In this document: positions 46,310 to 59,561 of the stretch, in pieces
Layout: each line of letters opens with the position of its first letter
How positions within the stretch are numbered: position 1 is the stretch's first letter
Assembly: GCA_951406725.2 (NCBI GenBank)
Contig: OX597814.1
Location: 33,046,001 to 33,110,000 of the forward strand
Length of the DNA stretch: 64,000 nucleotides
Source: Octopus vulgaris
Lineage: Eukaryota
Direction of reading: 5' to 3'
Notes under the pieces: model-generated
What the model was told of the DNA's origin: nothing
Database searches by the model: none
The model's input: the letters and a program-made list of their open reading frames with translations, nothing else
Program-made: the position numbers and the translations under genes

Positions 46310-46620
46310 TTATATATACCAATTAAGGACTGAACACGAAAAGTGGACAGTCAACATGCTAGATATAGACGTCAAATCGCCATTCACCACAAAAGATTAT
46401 GTTCTCAGATCAAACTCAGTTGAGTTTGATCTGAGAACATAATCTTTTGTGGTGAATGGCGATTTGACGTCTATATCTAGCATGTTGACTGTCCACTTTT
46501 CGTGTTCAGTCCTTAATTGGTATATATAAATATTTTAATCTTCGGATTCTTTTTTAATATGCTAGACCACTGGTCTTAATTGATAAATATCAATTTCTAC
46601 CCTTAATTAATTTTATATTA
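46310..46620 (+). mobile_element. 220-bp palindrome (109-bp arms) plus shared tail block, embedded in (TA)n
   Basis: Arms 46310-46418 and 46421-46529 are reverse complements with a 2-nt spacer (gt). Followed by cttcggattc..atgctagaccactggtcttaattgataaatatcaatttctaccc. Confidence 0.9.
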
Positions 46621-46632
46621 TATATATATATA

Positions 46633-46846
46633 ATTAATCCAAACATGAAAACACAAAGAGAAAACACAACAACGCGAGGACGTGGAACAAGTATAGTGTT
46701 ATTGGACGCTCGGGAAAGAAGGAAAGAAGGAGGGTCTAACGATTCGAGCGGAGCACTTCGTCAGAAACATAGGAAAAGGAAAGTTCCAAAGAAGGGCAGA
46801 CGGAGAAATAAAAATCGCCAACGGTACACACGAGGTCACATTTTGA

Positions 46847-46848
<2 letters not shown>
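46633..46848 (-). mobile_element. Second copy of the 33221-33428 element with mutated hammerhead
   Basis: Colinear with 33221-33428. Minus 46767-46735 reads ttt-CTGACGA-a-gtgc-tcc-gctc-GAAT-cg-TT-aga. Confidence 0.75.
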
Positions 46849-46877
<29 letters not shown>

Positions 46878-46937
46878 TTTCTTTAAAAATTTTTATTTCC
46901 TTCAACTTTAAAGCTGTAGTCCTGCTGGGGCACCACA

Positions 46938-46974
<37 letters not shown>

Positions 46975-46981
46975 ATATATG

Positions 46982-47017
<36 letters not shown>

Positions 47018-47105
47018 GTATTTCACGTTCTTGTTTCTTTATATATAATTTTTATACCTATATTATTGCGGCGTACGTACACCTCGTTCCCTTATGTATG
47101 TTTAC

Positions 47106-47215
<110 letters not shown>

Positions 47216-47241
47216 CATACATACATACATACATACATACA

Positions 47242-47293
<52 letters not shown>

Positions 47294-47579
47294 GAAAATC
47301 CGGAAAGAAATAAGATAAAAAAACATAGAAGATTAGATTTGTTTTAAAAGACTACAGAATATGTTAGAATCATAAAAGTAAAGGTATTTTACAATATTGT
47401 ACAAAATAAGATTTTTTTCTTAAAATATGGCAACCGGTTTCTTTATCGCTTTTCAAAATATGAGCTTTGGATGAATTTCCGAATTAGACATCTTGCTTTC
47501 TAGGGGAAGGAAATTGGTAACCAAGGTATTTTACAGTAAAGGGGAGGTAAATCTGTAACATTTTATATTGGTCTACATT

Positions 47580-47637
<58 letters not shown>

Positions 47638-47722
47638 CATATATATACATATATATATCCTGCCTGGAACTCTTCTTTGTACTACATAACGAAGACAAGA
47701 CACGATGTAGGTAACGACATTT

Positions 47723-47761
47723 GAGAAATTTGAAAAGTTAACACGAAACCGGTAATTTCTC
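47723..47761 (+). ncRNA. Minimal type I hammerhead motif with U3:A8 core variant
   Basis: gagaaat-TTGAAAA-gt-taac-ac-GAAA-ccgg-TA-atttctc: perfect 7-bp stem I, 2-bp stem II, palindromic stem III, GUA triplet (predicted cut after 47754). Inside a ~215-bp insert between (TA)n tracts. Confidence 0.8.
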
Positions 47762-47873
47762 CAAAAACTATGTTACTATATGTTACATTTTTCTAACATA
47801 ACGACTTAAATATATTCTTTAACCTTTTAAAACATGCCTTCTGTCATTTTTTCACTCTTTTCTATCTTCTATA

Positions 47874-47919
<46 letters not shown>

Positions 47920-48074
47920 GGCAGGGCTGGCCTGCTAGGTAGCCGGCCGAATGCTAGAAAGAGATCATCAACGATCAAACTACAAGGGAAATTCTCTAGA
48001 GGAAGAATTCAGCGAACACCAGAACCAAATTTGGCGGGCAGGACATATGAAAATTTAAATAAAAAACAGACTTA

Positions 48075-48151
48075 AATGCATACCTCGGTTTCGGTCTTTA
48101 ACAAAAGAATTACTTACATAATTCAAATGTCCGTAACTTCATCAGTACATT
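48075..48151 (-). ncRNA. Type I hammerhead motif in the inverted copy of the 546-bp unit
   Basis: aatgta-CTGATGA-agtt...gacc-GAAA-ccgagg-TA-tgcatt; 6-bp stem I; long stem II capped by gaattat-GTAA-gtaattc. Confidence 0.75.
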
Positions 48152-48873
48152 CGGTCATCGAGATGCAAACTGTAAAACTAACCCCAGCTCTCTGTGTCAA
48201 GACAGACACGTGCTTAGTTTTACCGTTTACATCGGGGATAAAATTTCAAATGTCTTGGTTCTGGCGCGCTAAGAAATTCCTGAAGCGAAGGACTGCAGTG
48301 AATAATTCACTGCGGTTAGTGCTTACTACTAGGGAACGTATTTATTTCAATATTTAAGTAATGAGGGAGATAAATTAATATTAATTTTAATATCAATTTA
48401 AAACCAGTAGTCCAGCATTCAAAAAATTCATATGTCCTGCCCGCCAAATTTGGTTCTGGTGTTCGCTGAATTCTTCCTCTAGAGAATTTCCCTTGTAGTT
48501 TGATCGTTGATGATCTCTTTCTAGCATTCGGCCGGCTACCTAGCAGGCCAGCCCTGCCTATATACACATATATTAGAATTTTCTCTGACTTCCCAGATTT
48601 TTTGAATGCTGGACTACTGGTTTTAAATTGATATTAAAATTAATATTAATTTATCTCCCTCATTACTTAAATATTGAAATAAATACGTTCCCTAGTAGTA
48701 AGCACTAACTGCAGTGAATAATTCACTGCGGTCCTTCGCTTCAGGAATTTCTTAGCGCGCCAGAACCAAGACATTTGAAATTTTATCCCCGATGTAAACG
48801 GTAAAACTAAGCACGTGTCTGTCTTGACACAGAGAACTGGGGTTAGTTTTACAGTTTGCATCTCGATGACCGA

Positions 48874-48948
48874 ATGTACTGATGAAGTCACGGACATTTG
48901 AATTATGTAAGTAATTCTTTTGTTAAAGACCGAAACTGAGGTATGCAT
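48874..48948 (+). ncRNA. Type I hammerhead motif in the direct copy of the 546-bp unit
   Basis: atgta-CTGATGA-agtc...gacc-GAAA-ctgagg-TA-tgcat; predicted cut after 48943; A.C mismatch at the base of stem II. Confidence 0.75.
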
Positions 48949-50649
48949 GTAAGTCTGTTTTTTATTTAAATTTTCATATGTCCTGCCCGCCAAATTTGGT
49001 TCTGGTGTTCGCTGAATTCTTCCTCTAGAGAATTTCCCTTGTAGTTTGATCGTTGATGATCTCTTTCTAGCATTCGGCCGGCTACCTAGCAGGCCAGCCC
49101 TGCCTATATACACATATATTAGAATTTTCTCTGACTTCTCAGATTTTTTGAATGCTGGACCACTGGTTTTAAATTGATATTAAAATTAATATTAATTTAT
49201 CTCCCTCATTACTTATATATATATATATATATATAAATGTAAAAAAACACAAACTGGGACAAGAACGCAAATATATACCTACATATACATACAAATATAT
49301 TATATACATCTTAAGTTATTATCCAAGAATGAGAAATAATCCCGGTAGATATGCGCCTTAAAGCATGTCAAAATATTTGAATAAAGTTGCAAGCCTGTGT
49401 TGTACCAGAGGGAGAACCAGTTTAAATGGAAAACCAATTTAACTAAACAGTGCATTTAAATATATGCATGCTTGTATGTATGTATGTATGTATGTATGTA
49501 TGTACACATGCATATTGATAAGGGAGGTCTGAGCTAATGATGGGTAAGTGAAAACACCTGGGATTAGATTCTAACTAAATTCTTGGCTAAAAGCTCTGAT
49601 GCTCAAACGCACTCGAGTACTTTAGGAACTGCATGAAATTGTAGCTTTCAAATAAAGTTACTTTTAACAACACAATTGCAATCAAACTTTAGAATAGAAA
49701 AAAATAGTGAAGAATTATTTGGAACTTATTGAATGTTAAATTATCGATCTTTAAAATCAATGTTCAGGAAATCACACCAATTTGATAGGCACTTTAATTA
49801 AATCAATTAAATTACAAACTCGGATAAATTGATACAATCATTATCTGGCGAAACGAAACCATTTATTTTAGTTTCAATTCTTTTAATTAAATAGTTTCTC
49901 AATTAAATAATCTCAAATTTTCATTTTATTCAATTTCGTTTCCTGCAAGAGTTAAGCAGGCTCCATTAAGAAGCTTTCTCATGTGCAGTTGATAAAAAAA
50001 TCAAACTTTACACAAATCACGTTTGTGTAATATAATCCGTACGACACAGAAATTTTTTGCTTCAATTATCTGTTCCTAGACTCCGATAATAAATGTTCGT
50101 TTGCAGTAGTTTCTGACATTAGCAAAAGACTACAAGTCGATTGAATTGAAATCTAGGACATCCTGGTAGTTATTTTATTGAATCTCAGAAGAATGCTACG
50201 GAATACCAGAAGAAGCTACGATAGGATTTAAACTCACTGCGTAGCAAAATATTTAAACCACTTAAGCTCTAAGATCTTCTAATAAACCGTTCCCAAATAG
50301 TATTTTGATTTTGCAGCTAGTGTCATACACCTATGACTACATTAATACTTTTATGATAACCATTATAGGCAACTATTAATAATTATAATCATTGATAGCT
50401 GCCTTCAAAGTGGGCAATTATTTTAGGTCTTAGCTACTTCTCCATCCATCGCGTAAGCTAAATAAACTTGGCAGCAAAGTATAATTTTTAGTCGAGAAGT
50501 TTGGCTTCTGTTCTTTATAGCCAAACTATTTTTATATTTCGCAAAGAACACTAGAGAAACTGATGGTTATACTAGAGGTATAAGACGTATTTTATTTAGT
50601 TAATTGCATTGTTTTATGTACATTGATTTATCTTCAAATACCACCGATT

Positions 50650-51000
50650 TTAATTTTACCTTTCGTCGTTTCGCAGACGATAAAATAAAGTACCAGTCAA
50701 ATAACATGATCTGTGTAATCGATTAATCGTCTCACCCTACTATTGCTAGTCTGATGCCAAAATTTGAAATTATCGTCATGAGTATTGTTAAGGGTGCGAG
50801 TTCGCAGAATCGTTACTGCGCCGAACAAAACGTTCAACGGCTTTTCGTTTATGAGTTCAAATTCCGCCGAGGTCGACTTTGCCTTTCATCCTCTCGGGGC
50901 CGACCGACCGACGGAATAAGTACTGGTTGAGCACTGGGATCAATATAATCGACTAAAACCTTTCCTACAAATTTCAGGCTTAGTGTCAATAAAAAGGATT
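50650..51000 (+). mobile_element. SINE family B, one partial plus one near-complete copy
   Basis: aagggtgcgagttcgcagaatcgtta...gagttcaaattccgccgaggtcgactttgcctttcatcct. Confidence 0.8.
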
Positions 51001-51357
51001 ATTACGAATATTGTCGTTGTCACTACTACAACTGCCACTACTGGTGGAGGTATTGCTGTTTTCTTCTTCTTCTTCTTCTTCTTCTTCCAATCAGGACTCA
51101 CGCCAATAGCCACAAAGAATAATCTCTAATTCGAGCAGACTCTAAGCTACTAAGAATGCGTGTGGCAACTTGAAGATCCGCCCACTACACGCGATAGACT
51201 GACGGTTGCACGGGCGCGAAAGCTACGTTGTTATCCTCATTCCGTAAACGGGTGGAGAGCTGAACCATCCTGGGGTACAGAGGATTCACAATCTAGACAA
51301 GGGTCTAAAAGTTTACCACACCATAGTGGGTTACACCATGGTTCCTCTGCTTTGTAG

Positions 51358-51553
51358 CAGAAGTAGGAAGAAAGAATGAGAGAAAGTTGTCGTGAAAGAC
51401 TACAGCGGGGTTCACCACCCCTCCCCGCCGGAGCCTCATAGAGCTTATGTGTTTCTGCTCAATAAACACTCACAATGCCCGGTCTGGGAATCGAAACCGC
51501 GTTCTTACGACCGCGAGTTCACTGCCCAAACCACTGGTCCATTGCGCCTCCAC
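51358..51553 (-). mobile_element. SINE family D
   Basis: Matches 18160-18328; minus strand gtggaggcgcaatggaccagtggtttgggcag...ggtttcgattcccagaccggg. Confidence 0.85.
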
Positions 51554-51854
51554 ATTGCAGTTGTTGACGTCAGTAACTGTTGTTATTGTTGTTGTGACTT
51601 GTATTGTTATTGTTGTGGCTGCTTTATTGTTGTTATTGTTGTTGTTTAGTACCATGTCGGTTATGGCTGAGAAGACTTTATATCCATAGACAGGTGTTCC
51701 TTAGTTTTTCAGATAGTTTTACTGCTGTTAAGTGGCTTTTAAAATCTAATATTTAAATACAGGGTTTTGAAGAGAAGCACTTAATTGTAGATGTTTTCTC
51801 TAACGGGTCGAACGACAAAGCAGAGGTTCGCTCTTTATCATTCGTTTTTTATTC

Positions 51855-52460
51855 TTTTAGCACGGCGGACGAAATGCTTAGCGGTGTTTCGTCTGCCGCT
51901 GCGTTCTGAGTTCAAATTTGCCTTTCATCCTTTCGGGGTCGATTAAATAAGTAGTAGTTACGCACTGGAGTCGATATAATCGACTTAATCCGTTTGTCTG
52001 TCCTTGTTTGTCCTCTCTGTGTTTAGCCCCTTGTGGGTAGTAGAGTAATAGCTAGTAAAGAAATAGGTATTTAAGGCGGCGAGCTGGCAGAAACGTTAGC
52101 ATGCCGGGTGAAATGCATAGCGGTATTTTGTCTGCCGTTACGTTCTGAGTTCAAATTCCGCCGAGGTCAACATTGCCTTTCATCCTTTCGGGGTCGATAA
52201 ATGAAGGACCAGTTACGCACTGGGGTCGATATAATCGACTTAATCCGTTTGTCTGTCCTTGTTAGTCCTCTCTGTGTTTAGCCCCTTGTGGGTAGTAAAG
52301 AAATGGGTATTTCGTCTGCCGTTACGTTCTGAGTTCAAATTCCGCCGAGGTCGACTTTACCTTTCATCCTTTCGGGGTCGATAAAATAAGTACCAGTTGC
52401 GTACCAAATTAAGTATCAGTTGCCCGCAAATTTCGAGCGTTGTGCATAGAAAAGAAAAGA
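51855..52460 (+). mobile_element. Cluster of three young family-B SINE units in tandem
   Basis: cgttctgagttcaaatt...cctttcatcctttcggggtcgat occurs at about 51902, 52141 and 52326; the first two carry an identical 3' extension (ttaatccgtttgtctgtccttg...gccccttgtgggtagta). Confidence 0.9.
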
Positions 52461-52704
52461 TTCTTCTATCCTTTAGTTGTTTCCGTGATTGGACTACAGC
52501 GATGCTAGGGCTCCGCTTTGAAAGGTTTCGTAGAACAAATTGACCCCAGTACTATTTTTTTTTTTTTTTTTGTAAGTCTAATACTTCTTCTATCGGGTCA
52601 TTCTGCCGAACCGCTAAGATTCAGGGACGTAAAGAAACCAATACCGGTTTTCAGGCGATGGCGGAACAAACACAAAGATACGCATACATAGGTATACGTA
52701 TGCA

Positions 52705-52751
<47 letters not shown>

Positions 52752-52916
52752 TGTGCGCGCGCGCGTGTGTGTAGAGTGATTGAAGCGGTGTATGGATATT
52801 GAATTCAGAATTTTGGATGATCCATTAGCGCTTTCTTTCGTTTTCGAACTCGTGAAGACAAAATTAAAATCATGATTATCCAAAATTCTGACTGCCTCCT
52901 TTTTCTCGTGTGTGTC

Positions 52917-53424
<508 letters not shown>

Positions 53425-53437
53425 TATATTATATATA

Positions 53438-53824
53438 CCGAAATAAGCATAGCGTTTGATGATTTTGACCCACGCTGGTGGAAAGGGGAGAACAGAAATG
53501 ATTCACTTGCTTATTTGGGTTTGCTGGCACTGTTAGTTAAGAGCGGATCTTCGAAAGGGTATGTTCTTACTTTCAGTGTTTCCAAATCCAAACCAAGGAA
53601 TTTATGAGCTGAAGAGAGAAATGTTTGTTTTGACTAATCTTGAAACGTACGTACTCAAATAACCTTAGCATTTGATTTTTAATGTCCTTACCCCCAAACT
53701 TTTGTGAGTTAAATTAAGCAAACGCTATATATGAGAGAGATTTTCTTTAAGTATTAGAAATGGCTTTAAAAAAGTTTTTTAGCTGCTATTTCTAATGAGT
53801 TCAGTATGCGGCGAAGTAATTTAT
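53438..53824 (+). repeat. Partial (387-bp) copy of the 545-bp unit, hammerhead at 53605-53657
   Basis: Matches 54245-54631. Confidence 0.95.
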
Positions 53825-54187
53825 GATCCATTTTTCGTTTTCGAACTAAGACAAAATTAAAATCATGATTATCCAAAATTCTGACTGCCTCCTTTTTCTT
53901 TGTATATAAACTACTGTAATAATTTAGCGCGCGTCTACGATGAGTCTACAATTTAAAAAAAAAATTACCATCAATTTTTTCCATTTGAATGCATTTTTTT
54001 CGGTATTATATAAGGGAAGTAACTCTCTAAAAATCTCTACGATGAGTCAACGATTTAAAAAAAAATTTACCATCATTTTTTTCCATTTTTAATGCATTTT
54101 TTTGCTATTTTTGGGCTATAACTCTCTAAAAATACTTATATAGTTATTTCCCTTACAAACCCGAGCAACGCCGGGCGATACAGCTAG

Positions 54188-54222
<35 letters not shown>

Positions 54223-54244
54223 ACACATATATATATTATATATA

Positions 54245-57200
54245 CCGAAATAAGCATAGCGTTTGATGATTTTGACCCACGCTGGTGGAAAGGGGAGAAC
54301 AGAAATGATTCACTTGCTTATTTGGGTTTGCTGGCACTGTTAGTTAAGAGCGGATCTTCGAAAGGGTATGTTCTTACTTTCAGTGTTTCCAAATCCAAAC
54401 CAAGGAATTTATGAGCTGAAGAGAGAAATGTTTGTTTTGACTAATCTTGAAACGTACGTACTCAAATAACCTTAGCATTTGATTTTTAATGTCCTTACCC
54501 CCAAACTTTTGTGAGTTAAATTAAGCAAACGCTATATATGAGAGAGATTTTCTTTAAGTATTAGAAATGGCTTTAAAAAAGTTTTTTAGCTGCTATTTCT
54601 AATGAGTTCAGTATGCGGCGAAGTAATTTATTTTACTAAGCCCTTTTATATAATGTAATAATTTGAATTCGCCTTAAATGGTCCCTTTGCATACTGAACA
54701 CTTGGTGAAATTGATTAATAATTAATTAATTTTACCCTCAATTGTTGAAATTATAATTAATCTCCCTCTAATTATTGCTTCGGATTTTACCGAAATAAGC
54801 ATAGCGTTTGATGATTTTGACCCACGCTGGTGGAAAGGGGAGAACAGAAATGATTCACTTGCTTATTTGGGTTTGCTGGCACTGTTAGTTAAGAGCGGAT
54901 CTTCGAAAGGGTATGTTCTTACTTTCAGTGTTTCCAAATCCAAACCAAGGAATTTATGAGCTGAAGAGAGAAATGTTTGTTTTGACTAATCTTGAAACGT
55001 ACGTACTCAAATAACCTTAGCATTTGATTTTTAATGTCCTTACCCCCAAACTTTTGTGAGTTAAATTAAGCAAACGCTATATATGAGAGAGATTTTCTTT
55101 AAGTATTAGAAATGGCTTTAAAAAAGTTTTTTAGCTGCTATTTCTAATGAGTTCAGTATGCGGCGAAGTAATTTATTTTACTAAGCCCTTTTATATAATG
55201 TAATAATTTGAATTCGCCTTAAATGGTCCCTTTGCATACTGAACACTTGGTGAAATTGATTAATAATTAATTAATTTTACCCTCAATTGTTGAAATTATA
55301 ATTAATCTCCCTCTAATTATTGCTTCGGATTTTACCGAAATAAGCATAGCGTTTGATGATTTTGACCCACGCTGGTGGAAAGGGGAGAACAGAAATGATT
55401 CACTTGCTTATTTGGGTTTGCTGGCACTGTTAGTTAAGAGCGGATCTTCGAAAGGGTATGTTCTTACTTTCAGTGTTTCCAAATCCAAACCAAGGAATTT
55501 ATGAGCTGAAGAGAGAAATGTTTGTTTTGACTAATCTTGAAACGTACGTACTCAAATAACCTTAGCATTTGATTTTTAATGTCCTTACCCCCAAACTTTT
55601 GTGAGTTAAATTAAGCAAACGCTATATATGAGAGAGATTTTCTTTAAGTATTAGAAATGGCTTTAAAAAAGTTTTTTAGCTGCTATTTCTAATGAGTTCA
55701 GTATGCGGCGAAGTAATTTATTTTACTAAGCCCTTTTATATAATGTAATAATTTGAATTCGCCTTAAATGGTCCCTTTGCATACTGAACACTTGGTGAAA
55801 TTGATTAATAATTAATTAATTTTACCCTCAATTGTTGAAATTATAATTAATCTCCCTCTAATTATTGCTTCGGATTTTACCGAAATAAGCATAGCGTTTG
55901 ATGATTTTGACCCACGCTGGTGGAAAGGGGAGAACAGAAATGATTCACTTGCTTATTTGGGTTTGCTGGCACTGTTAGTTAAGAGCGGATCTTCGAAAGG
56001 GTATGTTCTTACTTTCAGTGTTTCCAAATCCAAACCAAGGAATTTATGAGCTGAAGAGAGAAATGTTTGTTTTGACTAATCTTGAAACGTACGTACTCAA
56101 ATAACCTTAGCATTTGATTTTTAATGTCCTTACCCCCAAACTTTTGTGAGTTAAATTAAGCAAACGCTATATATGAGAGAGATTTTCTTTAAGTATTAGA
56201 AATGGCTTTAAAAAAGTTTTTTAGCTGCTATTTCTAATGAGTTCAGTATGCGGCGAAGTAATTTATTTTACTAAGCCCTTTTATATAATGTAATAATTTG
56301 AATTCGCCTTAAATGGTCCCTTTGCATACTGAACACTTGGTGAAATTGATTAATAATTAATTAATTTTACCCTCAATTGTTGAAATTATAATTAATCTCC
56401 CTCTAATTATTGCTTCGGATTTTACCGAAATAAGCATAGCGTTTGATGATTTTGACCCACGCTGGTGGAAAGGGGAGAACAGAAATGATTCACTTGCTTA
56501 TTTGGGTTTGCTGGCACTGTTAGTTAAGAGCGGATCTTCGAAAGGGTATGTTCTTACTTTCAGTGTTTCCAAATCCAAACCAAGGAATTTATGAGCTGAA
56601 GAGAGAAATGTTTGTTTTGACTAATCTTGAAACGTACGTACTCAAATAACCTTAGCATTTGATTTTTAATGTCCTTACCCCCAAACTTTTGTGAGTTAAA
56701 TTAAGCAAACGCTATATATGAGAGAGATTTTCTTTAAGTATTAGAAATGGCTTTAAAAAAGTTTTTTAGCTGCTATTTCTAATGAGTTCAGTATGCGGCG
56801 AAGTAATTTATTTTACTAAGCCCTTTTATATAATGTAATAATTTGAATTCGCCTTAAATGGTCCCTTTGCATACTGAACACTTGGTGAAATTGATTAATA
56901 ATTAATTAATTTTACCCTCAATTGTTGAAATTATAATTAATCTCCCTCTAATTATTGCTTCGGATTTTACCGAAATAAGCATAGCGTTTGATGATTTTGA
57001 CCCACGCTGGTGGAAAGGGGAGAACAGAAATGATTCACTTGCTTATTTGGGTTTGCTGGCACTGTTAGTTAAGAGCGGATCTTCGAAAGGGTATGTTCTT
57101 ACTTTCAGTGTTTCCAAATCCAAACCAAGGAATTTATGAGCTGAAGAGAGAAATGTTTGTTTTGACTAATCTTGAAACGTACGTACTCAAATAACCTTAG

Positions 57201-59561
57201 CATTTGATTTTTAATGTCCTTACCCCCAAACTTTTGTGAGTTAAATTAAGCAAACGCTATATATGAGAGAGATTTTCTTTAAGTATTAGAAATGGCTTTA
57301 AAAAAGTTTTTTAGCTGCTATTTCTAATGAGTTCAGTATGCGGCGAAGTAATTTATTTTACTAAGCCCTTTTATATAATGTAATAATTTGAATTCGCCTT
57401 AAATGGTCCCTTTGCATACTGAACACTTGGTGAAATTGATTAATAATTAATTAATTTTACCCTCAATTGTTGAAATTATAATTAATCTCCCTCTAATTAT
57501 TGCTTCGGATTTTACCGAAATAAGCATAGCGTTTGATGATTTTGACCCACGCTGGTGGAAAGGGGAGAACAGAAATGATTCACTTGCTTATTTGGGTTTG
57601 CTGGCACTGTTAGTTAAGAGCGGATCTTCGAAAGGGTATGTTCTTACTTTCAGTGTTTCCAAATCCAAACCAAGGAATTTATGAGCTGAAGAGAGAAATG
57701 TTTGTTTTGACTAATCTTGAAACGTACGTACTCAAATAACCTTAGCATTTGATTTTTAATGTCCTTACCCCCAAACTTTTGTGAGTTAAATTAAGCAAAC
57801 GCTATATATGAGAGAGATTTTCTTTAAGTATTAGAAATGGCTTTAAAAAAGTTTTTTAGCTGCTATTTCTAATGAGTTCAGTATGCGGCGAAGTAATTTA
57901 TTTTACTAAGCCCTTTTATATAATGTAATAATTTGAATTCGCCTTAAATGGTCCCTTTGCATACTGAACACTTGGTGAAATTGATTAATAATTAATTAAT
58001 TTTACCCTCAATTGTTGAAATTATAATTAATCTCCCTCTAATTATTGCTTCGGATTTTACCGAAATAAGCATAGCGTTTGATGATTTTGACCCACGCTGG
58101 TGGAAAGGGGAGAACAGAAATGATTCACTTGCTTATTTGGGTTTGCTGGCACTGTTAGTTAAGAGCGGATCTTCGAAAGGGTATGTTCTTACTTTCAGTG
58201 TTTCCAAATCCAAACCAAGGAATTTATGAGCTGAAGAGAGAAATGTTTGTTTTGACTAATCTTGAAACGTACGTACTCAAATAACCTTAGCATTTGATTT
58301 TTAATGGCCTTACCCCCAAACTTTTGTGAGTTAAATTAAGCAAACGCTATATATGAGAGAGATTTTCTTTAAGTATTAGAAATGGCTTTAAAAAAGTTTT
58401 TTAGCTGCTATTTCTAATGAGTTCAGTATGCGGCGAAGTAATTTATTTTACTAAGCCCTTTTATATAATATAATAATTTGAATTAATTTGAATTCGCCTT
58501 AAATGGTCCCTTTGCATACTGAACACTTGGTGAAATTGATTAATAATTAATTAATTTTACCCTCAATTGTTGAAATTATAATTAATCTCCCTCTAATTAT
58601 TGCTTCGGATTTTACCGAAATAAGCATAGCGTTTGATGATTTTGACCCACGCTGGTGGAAAGGGGAGAACAGAAATGATTCACTTGCTTATTTGGGTTTG
58701 CTGGCACTGTTAGTTAAGAGCGGATCTTCGAAAGGGTATGTTCTTACTTTCAGTGTTTCCAAATCCAAACCAAGGAATTTATGAGCTGAAGAGAGAAATG
58801 TTTGTTTTGACTAATCTTGAAACGTACGTACTCAAATAACCTTAGCATTTGATTTTTAATGTCCTTACCCCCAAACTTTTGTGAGTTAAATTAAGCAAAC
58901 GCTATATATGAGAGAGATTTTCTTTAAGTATTAGAAATGGCTTTAAAAAAGTTTTTTAGCTGCTATTTCTAATGAGTTCAGTATGCGGCGAAGTAATTTA
59001 TTTTACTAAGCCCTTTTATATAATGTAATAATTTGAATTCGCCTTAAATGGTCCCTTTGCATACTGAACACTTGGTGAAATTGATTAATAATTAATTAAT
59101 TTTACCCTCAATTGTTGAAATTATAATTAATCTCCCTCTAATTATTGCTTCGGATTTTACCGAAATAAGCATAGCGTTTGATGATTTTGACCCACGCTGG
59201 TGGAAAGGGGAGAACAGAAATGATTCACTTGCTTATTTGGGTTTGCTGGCACTGTTAGTTAAGAGCGGATCTTCGAAAGGGTATGTTCTTACTTTCAGTG
59301 TTTCCAAATCCAAACCAAGGAATTTATGAGCTGAAGAGAGAAATGTTTGTTTTGACTAATCTTGAAACGTACGTACTCAAATAACCTTAGCATTTGATTT
59401 TTAATGTCCTTACCCCCAAACTTTTGTGAGTTAAATTAAGCAAACGCTATATATGAGAGAGATTTTCTTTAAGTATTAGAAATGGCTTTAAAAAAGTTTT
59501 TTAGCTGCTATTTCTAATGAGTTCAGTATGCGGCGAAGTAATTTATTTTACTAAGCCCTTT

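Larger units (their letters stand above)
47910..49215 (+). mobile_element. Non-coding hammerhead-bearing element with 546-bp unit: one inverted copy (47910-48426) plus 1.45 direct tandem copies (48427-49215)
   Basis: ttcatatgtcctgcccgcc recurs at 48427 and 48973 (period 546); 47910-48426 is the reverse complement of the unit; (TA)n on both flanks. Confidence 0.9.

Noticed and set aside
48076-49113. ORFs of 83-148 aa in the 546-bp element
   Set aside because: They lie antisense to the hammerhead strand, the frame is broken by a stop in the sister copy (taa at 48073), and they show no recognisable motif.
49588-49627. aaag...ctgatg...actcgagTActtt
   Set aside because: Stem III and stem I look hammerhead-like but both core boxes are disrupted.
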